A stretch of 64,000 nt of DNA, from contig JAQVJV010000002.1 in NCBI GenBank assembly GCA_028695025.1, positions 18,998-82,997 on the forward strand. The letters run 5' to 3'. The position numbers and the translations under genes were made by a program. The notes beneath the pieces are model-generated. The model was given only the letters and a program-made list of their open reading frames with translations. It did not search any database and had not been told where the DNA came from. This DNA comes from Candidatus Moraniibacteriota bacterium. Its GTDB lineage: Bacteria; Patescibacteriota; Minisyncoccia; Moranbacterales; UBA11712. This document shows positions 19,571-26,825 of the stretch, one piece after another (position 1 is the first letter of the stretch; the number at the start of each line of letters is the position of its first letter).

Positions 19571-20131
19571 TTACTTCGCCCGTTCCACGTATTCTCCCGT
19601 TTCCGTGTTGATGCGGATGACGTCGCCTTGTTTCACAAAAAGAGGGGTGTTGACTTTGACGCCGGTTTCAAGAGTCACTTGCTTTGACCCGCCGTCAGCA
19701 GTGTTTCCTTTGATGGCAGGCGGAGCCTCCACGACTTTGAAATCCATTTTTATCGGCAGTTCGATGTTGATCGGAGCCGTGTTGTAGATAATAAGGCTCA
19801 CTTCGGTGCCCTCGATAAGATAGTCAGTCAAATTTCCCAGAGCGCTTTTTGGGAGAGAAAATTGCTCATAACTTGCCGTATCCATAAAAACGAAATCGGT
19901 TCCGTCTTGGTACAAATATTGAGCTTTATTTTTGACTATCTCTGCTTCTTCGATTTTGTCTGCACCCTGAAAAGTTTTTTCCATTACAGCTCCGGTTTTG
20001 AGATTACGTAATTTGGTGCGTAACACTGCTCCGGCCCGTCCCATTTTGGAATGCTGGTGAAAAATGACGAGGTAAGGATTGCCGTTGAGGGATATGGTTT
20101 TTCCAGTTTTGATGTCGGAGATAGAAAGCAT
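19571..20131 (-). CDS. efp: Elongation factor P
   Basis: MLSISDIKTGKTISLNGNPYLVIFHQHSKMGRAGAVLRTKLRNLKTG, typical EF-P. The ORF track extends 7 codons upstream to 20152. Confidence 0.9.
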   Translation of the reverse strand: MLSISDIKTGKTISLNGNPYLVIFHQHSKMGRAGAVLRTKLRNLKTGAVMEKTFQGADKIEEAEIVKNKAQYLYQDGTDFVFMDTASYEQFSLPKSALGNLTDYLIEGTEVSLIIYNTAPINIELPIKMDFKVVEAPPAIKGNTADGGSKQVTLETGVKVNTPLFVKQGDVIRINTETGEYVERAK

Positions 20132-20245
20132 AACTCGGGAGCAGAAACACATTTGTCATCCTGGCTGTTGAGTATAGCGACGCAATATTTTGCGTCCCTA
20201 CTATTAGGATCCCATATTAAGTGCGGGATGATAAAACGTATAACT

Positions 20246-20485
20246 TTATTTAATCGTATAAGACAGCAACGCCATAGTCCTTGCCCGCTTGATGGCGTTT
20301 GTTACCATGCGCTGGTGTTTGGCGCAATTGCCCGTACGTCGCGGAGAAACGATTTTTGCGTGCGAGTTCATGAAGCGCCGCAAGAAAAGCGTGTCTTTGT
20401 AGTCGATTGCGTTGATATTGTTGGCGCAGAAAAAGCAATTTTTCGGCGCGGCGGGAGTCGGTTGGTTATTATTGGGCCTGTTCAT
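20246..20485 (-). CDS. rpsR: 30S ribosomal protein S18
   Basis: CFFCANNINAIDYKDTLFLRRF...RRTGNCAKHQRMVTNAIKRARTMALL. Confidence 0.9.
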   Translation of the reverse strand: MNRPNNNQPTPAAPKNCFFCANNINAIDYKDTLFLRRFMNSHAKIVSPRRTGNCAKHQRMVTNAIKRARTMALLSYTIK

Positions 20486-20622
20486 AAAAATAATTCAAAA
20501 TTAAAATATCAAAATAAAAAATGACAAATAAAATTTGAAATTTTAATGCAAAATTATTTTCAAATTAAATTTACTTTATACTTTGCACTGTCATTTTCAA
20601 TTTTGATTTTTGCATTTTTAAC

Positions 20623-21129
20623 TTAAAATGGTATATCCTCGATCTTCACTTCGTCCTGGCTGTCATCTATCTGGATGGTCGGGATTTCTTCCGGTTGGGC
20701 CGGCGCAACGGGGGCGGCAGGCGCGGGAGAAGGCTGGTTCATGCTGTTTGTCGGGGCTCCTTGGGGCGCAGCGGGCTGATAGGGCGAACCGCCTTGCGGT
20801 TTTCGATCGAGCATCTGGAGGGTTTCAGCGATAATTTCGGTCATGTAGCGCTTGTTGCCGCTTTGGTCCTGCCAGGAACGGGTTTGAAGGCGGCCTTCCA
20901 GGAAAATTTTGCTGCCTTTATGCAAATATTGGCCGGAAATTTCCGCGAGGCGTCCCCAGAGGACAATGTTGTGGAACTCGACGGCCTCTTTCCGTTCTCC
21001 GGATTGCTGGTCTTTCCAGACGCGATTAGTAGCAAGGCCGAAGTTGGCAACGGATTGGCCGGATCCGGTGGAGCGCAATTCCGGGTCGCGGGTGAGGTTT
21101 CCAATGAGGAGGACTTTATTAAGGCTCAT
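20623..21129 (-). CDS. ssb: Single-stranded DNA-binding protein
   Basis: OB-fold N-terminus MSLNKVLLIGNLTRDPELR...FHNIVLWGRLAE, and an acidic C-terminal tip ending DIPF. Confidence 0.9.
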   Translation of the reverse strand: MSLNKVLLIGNLTRDPELRSTGSGQSVANFGLATNRVWKDQQSGERKEAVEFHNIVLWGRLAEISGQYLHKGSKIFLEGRLQTRSWQDQSGNKRYMTEIIAETLQMLDRKPQGGSPYQPAAPQGAPTNSMNQPSPAPAAPVAPAQPEEIPTIQIDDSQDEVKIEDIPF

Positions 21130-21169
21130 AGGTTTGAATTTAAAATTTAAATTTTAAAGTTTGAAATTA

Positions 21170-21640
21170 TTATTCCGGGTTTTCTTCGAGAATTTCTGTC
21201 AGTTTTTCGTCGAGGTCGGAAATTTCCACCTTAGGTTTTGTTTCCGGAGCAACCGCCGGTTCTTTCGGTCTGGCTTCTGTTTTTTTATTAACTTTTTCTT
21301 CCGGTTTTTCTTCCCGAACCTTTTGTTCGCTCATCGGCTTTCCAATTTCATCGGCGCGGACGATCAAGTGGCGCATCACTTTGTCGTTGAGGACCATGCG
21401 CCGGTTGATTTCCGTCAGATTCTCTTTTTCTTCGAGGGTGAAGCGGCAGAAGCTGAAAAATCCGTGGGTTTGCTTCTTGATCGGATGGGCGAATTTCCGT
21501 TTTCCGATGTCGGAAAAATCCGCGGAAATTTTTCCGCCGCGGCCGATGATTATCTCCTCAATCTCCCTTTTGATTTCAGGGATCCTTTCTTCATTGGCGA
21601 GAGAGGTGAAGAATAACAGTTCGTATTCCATGTTTTTCAA
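21170..21640 (-). CDS. rpsF: 30S ribosomal protein S6 with K/E/P-rich C-terminal extension
   Basis: MEYELLFFTSLANE...GFFSFCRFTL...VMRHLIVRAD. The rpsF-ssb-rpsR gene order is classic. Confidence 0.85.
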   Translation of the reverse strand: MKNMEYELLFFTSLANEERIPEIKREIEEIIIGRGGKISADFSDIGKRKFAHPIKKQTHGFFSFCRFTLEEKENLTEINRRMVLNDKVMRHLIVRADEIGKPMSEQKVREEKPEEKVNKKTEARPKEPAVAPETKPKVEISDLDEKLTEILEENPE

Positions 21641-21945
21641 TTAAATTAACAAATAAAATCCGCTAAAGAAAGCCCTGTTCAGCGGAATTTTTCTCTCTAT
21701 TCCCGTGAGAATGCGAGACGGAGAGAATATGGACTTTCTTGATTGTTTACCCTGTTGAATTCGCTCCGCGAAATTTTGCGAAGCAAAATTATTCAACTGG
21801 GTAGAAGTAGCCTACCATAGCGATCCATTTTTGGCAAGCTCTATATCTTAAACTCAATTACCCCGTAAAATTTTGCTTTGCAAAATCACGGGGCAGGCCC
21901 CGTATAGTCGCTTTGCTCCCATGGGGCAGGCATCTCCATGCAGAA
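21641..21945 (-). promoter_or_regulatory. Long structured 5' leader of the rpsF-ssb-rpsR operon (candidate S6:S18 autoregulatory leader)
   Basis: 305 bp with no ORF. Contains GTTGAAT...ATTCAAC, two AAATTTTGC...GCAAAAT motifs and two GGGGCAGGC copies. Confidence 0.35.
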
Positions 21946-22995
21946 TTAAATCTTGAACTCAATCACATCACCATCTTGGACAATATAATCTTTTCCTTCC
22001 GTGCGGAGCGTTCCCAATTCGCGGGCGCTGGCCCACGATCCGGCCTCGAGCAACTTTTCCCAGCTGATCACATCCGCGCGGATGAATTTTTCTTCGAAAT
22101 CGGTGTGGATGGCGCTTCCGGCCTGTGGGGCGCTTGAATTTTTCTTCACTGTCCAGGCGCGGGTTTCGTCGGGACCGGTGGTGAGGAAAGTGATGAGCCC
22201 TAAAATTTCATAGGCTTTGAGAATCAACTGATCAAGATTTGATTTCATGCCAAGTTCTTTGGCTTCCTCCACCGACATTTCGGAAAGTTCTTCTTCTATT
22301 TTGACATCGATAGGAACAGTATTTTCGAGAAGATTCAATCTTCGGTCTCCGAAGGTTGAACCTTCAGAAATATTCGTATTCAAGACAAACAACATCGGCT
22401 TCCAGGTGAGAAGCTGTATGTCGCGGACAAGCGAAAAATCCTCTTCTGATAATTTCAGTTCGCTGGCCAGTTTCCCCCCATCCAAAATATTTTTGATATT
22501 TTTCACAATTTCAAGCGCTTTTGCGGCAACTTTATCTTGTCCGCGGGCTTCTTTTTCAAGTCTCGCTATTCTTTTTTGCACGGTTTCAATGTCGGCGAGA
22601 ATGAGTTCGGTGTTGATCACTTCGACATCGCTCTCGGGATCAATCTTATTGTGAACGTGGGTGATGTCGCTATTCTCGAATCCGCGAACGACTTGCGCGA
22701 TTGCGTCCACCTCCCGAATATGCGAAAGGAATTTGTTTCCCAAGCCCTCGCCTTCGGCCGCGCCGCGGACCAGTCCCGCGATGTCGACAAACTCAACCAC
22801 CGTCGGGACGATTTTCGCCGAGCCTGACATTTTCGCCAGTTTTTCGAGGCGCTCATCGGGCACGCGAACAACACCGACGTTCGGTTCGATGGTGCAAAAA
22901 GGATAATTGGCAATATCCACCGGATTTTTGGTGAGAGCTTTGAACAATGTCGATTTCCCGACATTTGGAAGCCCTACGATTCCGACCCGAAGCAT
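21946..22995 (-). CDS. ychF: Ribosome-binding ATPase YchF
   Basis: GIVGLPNVGKSTLFKALT G1 motif. NTEL...TGPDETRAWTV TGS domain at the C-terminus. 349 aa. Confidence 0.92.
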   Translation of the reverse strand: MLRVGIVGLPNVGKSTLFKALTKNPVDIANYPFCTIEPNVGVVRVPDERLEKLAKMSGSAKIVPTVVEFVDIAGLVRGAAEGEGLGNKFLSHIREVDAIAQVVRGFENSDITHVHNKIDPESDVEVINTELILADIETVQKRIARLEKEARGQDKVAAKALEIVKNIKNILDGGKLASELKLSEEDFSLVRDIQLLTWKPMLFVLNTNISEGSTFGDRRLNLLENTVPIDVKIEEELSEMSVEEAKELGMKSNLDQLILKAYEILGLITFLTTGPDETRAWTVKKNSSAPQAGSAIHTDFEEKFIRADVISWEKLLEAGSWASARELGTLRTEGKDYIVQDGDVIEFKI

Positions 22996-23046
22996 AGATT
23001 TATTTGAAATTGAAATTGTTTATTGCTAAACTATTATTGCAATAAA
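22982..23046. repeat. 65-bp perfect direct repeat copy 1 (includes the real ychF start codon and upstream region)
   Basis: CCGACCCGAAGCATAGATTTATTTGAAATTGAAATTGTTTATTGCTAAACTATTATTGCAATAAA, identical to 25406-25470. Confidence 0.95.
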
Positions 23047-23207
23047 ATTAACTAAAATCAAGATTTTGACAAAACCGAAGAAAAGGGCGGCGGCAAGGAT
23101 AATATCGCCACAGTCAAACTCATTGAGGTTCTAGATAATGCTGATTTATATATCGAAGAAAAATCTTCTAGTCTAGAGCCATTGAAAATATTTTACAGGA
23201 AATAGAT

Positions 23208-23669
23208 TTGCTCTTGAAGAAGAAAGATAATCTGGCGGGCAAGTATTTGTTTGGTGCCTTTCAAAATGTGCGCAAGCAATTGATGCGGGCATTGATGTTT
23301 AAAAACCTCATCACGGAAGGGCATATCTCAAATTTGGCAAGATTCTCAACGATTGCCAAACTTATTCACCAAGCAAAACAGATTGAATGAATTGGATCGG
23401 GCCAAGCGGATTTTCTTGTTGAGACAACAAAGGGCCACTTTCTCGTGGTAGAGGTGAAATCAAACCGGGAAAAAGAAGGCTACGAAAAGAACAAGGAGCA
23501 ATACAAAGGAAAAGCCGAGCAACTTTTCAGCGAGGTGTTTGCCAAAGAAATCGGTTTCAAAGAATTTCAACAAGCCAACAAAAACTTTGAATATCGCATC
23601 ATCTTTGATGCTTCGCTCCAGAAAAGGCAGCAGGAGCTTCTGCAGGGCATTGAAAAATTTGAAAAATAA
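23208..23669 (+). pseudogene. PD-(D/E)xK (YraN/UPF0102-like) nuclease-fold ORF interrupted by an in-frame TGA at 23388-23390
   Basis: The two ORF-track pieces 23208-23390 and 23445-23669 are in one frame. ...LIHQAKQIE*IGSGQADFLVETTKGHFLVVEVKSNREKEG shows the D...EVK signature spanning the stop. Confidence 0.4.
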
Positions 23670-23700
23670 ATCAAGAAATCAAAATTGAAAAATAAAATCC

Positions 23701-23748
23701 GCCAGTCTGCGATGTTCTGCAAACTGGCGGTTCTTTTTACGCCTTTGA
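23701..23748. terminator. Bidirectional terminator hairpin, copy 1 of an identical 48-bp repeat
   Basis: AATAAAATCCGCCAGTCTGCGATGTTCTGCAAACTGGCGGTTCTTTTT. 12-bp stem with one mismatch, followed by a T-tail. Confidence 0.7.
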
Positions 23749-23757
23749 ACGCTCGGT

Positions 23758-24618
23758 TTAGGCCGTTTGTTGCCGCATAGCGTCGAACTGCGGCCAGGGG
23801 TCAAACTGCGAACCGATGCCGGGGATGATGTGCTCTTGCCTGCCCTCACCCATATAGCACCGAACTTTGGCGTTGCCTTCCGCATCCAGGTCAAAGCGGT
23901 CAACGATTTTCTTGCCGCCGCATCCACAGGGGCAGTCAACTTCAATCTGTATGACCGGGAAAAGAGGCCTCCCGTCTTCCCCGATGGGATATTTTGGGAT
24001 AGAACCCTCACGGCGACCGAAGGAATTGAAGTTTTCGTGGTTGATATGTTTGGCCATCTTCTGGAGGTCAGCCATAGGGTAGTTGGGAAATTCATCGCCG
24101 GGAAGGTCTGCCCCCATAATGCGGTTCATCAGCTCAATGAGCCTGTGGCTGCCCGCAGTGCGAGCATCGTGATTGAAAAAGGAGTAGAGGGCCTTGCCTT
24201 CCTGAACCAGGGAGAGGTCTTTCGGACGGGAGAAAATCATTTCCGCCCCGCCGTAGTCCATAACTATCTGGTAAATGAAGGTTTTGTCCGCGGGGCAACG
24301 CTTCCGGATTTTGTTGACTAGGTTTTGGACGATGTCCTTTTCTTGGGCTACCGACCAGACCATAATGAGGAAAACTGCCACGGCTTCTTCGGCTTCCCGG
24401 ATGCGGCGGATGAGCCCGCCCTTCAATTTGCCGATTTTCCGTATGAGGCCTTTCCTTTTTTTAAGGCCAACATAGGAGACAACTTGCGGGTGAAAGCTGT
24501 TGAAGCCGCGATACATCCAGAACCCCGACATAAGCTCCTCTATATCAGAGCCGTCGTAGGTTCGTTGCCCGATAAAAACGGGCAGAGCCGAAACCTCTTC
24601 TTTTTTGAAAGTCCTCAT
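23758..24618 (-). CDS. Hypothetical protein with C-terminal CPCGCGG zinc-ribbon-like motif (main cargo ORF)
   Basis: 286 aa, in GC-rich DNA. ...IQIEVDCPCGCGGKKIVDRFDLDAEGNAKVRCYMGEG. No family recognised. Confidence 0.5.
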   Translation of the reverse strand: MRTFKKEEVSALPVFIGQRTYDGSDIEELMSGFWMYRGFNSFHPQVVSYVGLKKRKGLIRKIGKLKGGLIRRIREAEEAVAVFLIMVWSVAQEKDIVQNLVNKIRKRCPADKTFIYQIVMDYGGAEMIFSRPKDLSLVQEGKALYSFFNHDARTAGSHRLIELMNRIMGADLPGDEFPNYPMADLQKMAKHINHENFNSFGRREGSIPKYPIGEDGRPLFPVIQIEVDCPCGCGGKKIVDRFDLDAEGNAKVRCYMGEGRQEHIIPGIGSQFDPWPQFDAMRQQTA

Positions 24619-24735
24619 CCTGCTTCCTCCTCAAAGCTGAATTTTACGCTGAAACATCGCATTCTCTGTTAGGAAAAGCGATAAATCATTAAAGCAATAA
24701 ATGTCCCTGATGTCAATCTGGGCCATTTTTCAGTA

Positions 24736-24783
24736 AATAAAATCCGCCAGTCTGCGATGTTCTGCAAACTGGCGGTTCTTTTT
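24736..24783. terminator. Terminator hairpin, copy 2 of the identical 48-bp repeat
   Basis: Identical to 23701-23748. Confidence 0.7.
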
Positions 24784-24919
24784 GTGATTTTAGTCGATAG
24801 TCAAGCTATCGAGAACCCAACTTTCCAACGCTTTGTTTGGAAACTCCTTGATTTCCTCGCGGTCTTCGCATTCGGATATTCGGGCCTTGTTGGCTACGAT
24901 AACTTGCATTGGAGTATAT

Positions 24920-25180
24920 TCACTCATTACCACGCTCTCGGTAAGCACGCAGCAGGTGTTTGAGCTTCGTGCATTCCGCCTTGAACCAGCGAGGGTCGAG
25001 CCAAGTGCGGTTTAGGCCAAGAATATCGTCGATGTATTCCCGGGCCTCTTCAGGCGTGGTATCGTCCTCTTCCCGCAATTCCCAGATGAGTGCTTTGATA
25101 TGAGGCAAGTCATCTTTCTTTGGGAATAGCTTCAAATGCTTGCAGATCGGCATCAGAGTGAAAACCGGATGTATCGGCAT
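24920..25180 (-). CDS. Hypothetical small protein
   Basis: 86-aa charged ORF. Its TGA overlaps, in ATGAGTGA, the start of a further 45-aa ORF (24790-24927, minus). Confidence 0.35.
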   Translation of the reverse strand: MPIHPVFTLMPICKHLKLFPKKDDLPHIKALIWELREEDDTTPEEAREYIDDILGLNRTWLDPRWFKAECTKLKHLLRAYRERGNE

Positions 25181-25269
25181 AATTTCCCCCTTGATTGTAA
25201 AATGGCTTCAGAATAGGCTACCAACAAAAAGTTTTAGTGTCAATAATCGTTATTCAAACGGCACTGACC

Positions 25270-25350
25270 GCATAATTCTTCCTTTTTAATTTCAAGCCAC
25301 GATTATTCGCTCATACTGCGGCGGTGGCAGTTTTATCGTGAAAGCGAAAG
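25270..25350. repeat. ~75-bp imperfect direct repeat, copy A
   Basis: ...CACGATTATTCGCTCATACTGCGGCGGTGGCAGTTTTATCGTGAAAG, about 80% identical to 26630-26705. Confidence 0.6.
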
Positions 25351-25405
25351 GGATGATTTTTTCAGAATTGCCGTTTGTGAAATGTCTGATAGCGTTCGCT
25401 CCGTG

Positions 25406-25470
25406 CCGACCCGAAGCATAGATTTATTTGAAATTGAAATTGTTTATTGCTAAACTATTATTGCAATAAA
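25406..25470. repeat. 65-bp perfect direct repeat copy 2 (carries a dead-end duplicate of the first 14 nt of ychF)
   Basis: Identical to 22982-23046. Similarity continues degenerately for ~30 bp (TAAAATCAAGATTTT present in both). Confidence 0.95.
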
Positions 25471-25658
25471 GCGGTTAAAAATCAAGATTTTATAAAAAAT
25501 GGACACATACTGGTAATTTCTAACGAAAATCATATGGGCATCAAAGTTGAGTTCAATCCCGATTTGGCACTCCGTGACATTTCGGGAAAAAATTGACAAT
25601 CAGCTGGATATTCTGTAATTTTTCACAAAAGCAATTTTCTCTTGAGAGGGGGAGAAAT

Positions 25659-25814
25659 ATGACCGGCGAACAGATAAAAAAGGCTATGGACGAGTATAGA
25701 GCGTTCTTTGAAAAAATGGGAGCTCCTAAAATCGATTATCCTCACGAAAAACTTCTTGACGTTCCCGTGCGGGGTTTAGCTCATTGCCACGGGATGCTGG
25801 ATAAAATGGAATAA
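25659..25814 (+). CDS. Hypothetical small protein followed by an in-frame TAA and a further 38-codon open frame
   Basis: RBS GAGAGGGGGAG, then MTGEQIKKAMDEYRAFFEKMG...MLDKME*FLKEGRIEKAMRWLCFIQGCLWSNGYYTIGQLADHKRGE. Possibly a nonsense-disrupted gene. Confidence 0.3.
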   Translation: MTGEQIKKAMDEYRAFFEKMGAPKIDYPHEKLLDVPVRGLAHCHGMLDKME

Positions 25815-25937
25815 TTTTTGAAAGAGGGCCGCATTGAAAAGGCGATGCGGTGGCTCTGCTTCATTCAGGGATGCCTCTGGTCAAACGGCTATTATACCAT
25901 TGGCCAATTGGCCGACCATAAACGAGGGGAGTGAAAG

Positions 25938-26315
25938 ATGACATATTACGAGGGATACGAAGTGAAAACCTGCACGCCAGCCGACTTTCAAGACACGATT
26001 TGCGACTGCCTGTGCGACGTTATGGTTTCCGAAGCCGATGAAAAACCGGGATGCATCGTAATCCCGACCAATCTCAACTTGCGGTATTCGGAAAAAGGCG
26101 GATTGGGCCTCGCCATTGCTGGCTTCTATGTGGCCATCCCCAGTTTTGAAAATCCGCCGAAACGGGAAGAAACCATCAAAATTATCCGGGAGGCATACGA
26201 GACTATGGTTCAGTCAATCGCGGCTCTTCCGATGAGAATTGGAGAAATACGGGAAATCCCAATTGTTCCGGACGCGGAATACAACCTCGAAATTGAACTT
26301 CATCATCTGCAATAA
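25938..26315 (+). CDS. Hypothetical protein
   Basis: 125-aa ORF. No recognised motifs. Confidence 0.4.
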   Translation: MTYYEGYEVKTCTPADFQDTICDCLCDVMVSEADEKPGCIVIPTNLNLRYSEKGGLGLAIAGFYVAIPSFENPPKREETIKIIREAYETMVQSIAALPMRIGEIREIPIVPDAEYNLEIELHHLQ

Positions 26316-26337
26316 AGACCAAGGGAGGGCTCTGGAG

Positions 26338-26538
26338 ATGAGAAAATCAGAATTGAAGCCGGGAATGAAGGTCAAGAACAAAATTTCCGGCCGGGTCGGC
26401 GAAGTCAAGGGCCTTCCCGATGGCGAATTGGGTTGTGCCGATTGGTGCGTGTCAATTCGTGCTCGCACGATGTCGGGCAAGCACAAAGGGAAGTGGGATT
26501 ATCCCATCTGGAACGTAGCAAGCCTCGAAGCTGCCTAA
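26338..26538 (+). CDS. Hypothetical small protein
   Basis: 66 aa, MRKSELKPGMKVKNKISGRVGEVKGL..., reminiscent of KOW/SH3-like small proteins. Confidence 0.35.
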   Translation: MRKSELKPGMKVKNKISGRVGEVKGLPDGELGCADWCVSIRARTMSGKHKGKWDYPIWNVASLEAA

Positions 26539-26629
26539 ATTTCGCCGGAGGCCACAAATGGCCAATAAAACAAGACCTCAAGTCTCGCGACAAGGGGTCT
26601 TTTCTTTTATTCAATCGGGACAGAATTTA

Positions 26630-26705
26630 TTATCCTGCCTTTTTCATTGCAGGACACGATTATCCGCTCGTAGCGAGATGGGGGCAGTTTTATCGTGAAG
26701 GTGGC
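26630..26705. repeat. ~75-bp imperfect direct repeat, copy B
   Basis: ...CACGATTATCCGCTCGTAGCGAGATGGGGGCAGTTTTATCGTGAAGG. Confidence 0.6.
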
Positions 26706-26750
26706 TGAAAAATCTTTGCGCGATACTTGCGTGATTTTTGGACTTCAAAA

Positions 26751-26786
26751 AAGGCGGATACAAAATGTGTCCGCCTTGATTTTTTA
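26751..26786 (+). terminator. Rho-independent terminator
   Basis: AAGGCGGATACAAAATGTGTCCGCCTT followed by GATTTTTT. Confidence 0.6.
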
Positions 26787-26825
26787 ACCTCACCCCGTCC
26801 CTCTCCTTATCAAGGGAGAGGGAGT
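26787..26825. repeat. Palindromic repeat element copy (ACCTCACCCCGTCCCTCTCCTT-ATC-AAGGGAGAGGGAG)
   Basis: Same family. Lies immediately 3' of manC on the minus strand. Confidence 0.8.

Larger units (their letters stand above)
23047..25405. mobile_element. Putative integrated element / insertion cargo (GC-richer, small and decayed ORFs, no integrase seen)
   Basis: Bounded by 65-bp perfect direct repeats that duplicate the ychF 5' end. Internal identical terminator hairpins. A nonsense-interrupted ORF. GC visibly above the flanks. Confidence 0.6.

Noticed and set aside
23767-24672. Plus-strand ORFs 23767-24321 and 24325-24672 overlapping the 286-aa minus-strand cargo ORF
   Set aside because: The minus-strand ORF is longer and has a more protein-like composition, and the plus frames look like antisense translation. 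No homology supports either, so this choice is provisional.
23388-25817. Alternative genetic code (UGA or UAA reassigned) for the whole contig
   Set aside because: rpoB, rpoC, uvrA, groEL, ftsK and others are full-length under code 11, and TGA terminates ftsK and pilB. The in-frame stops are confined to the accessory island, so pseudogenisation or foreign origin is more likely.
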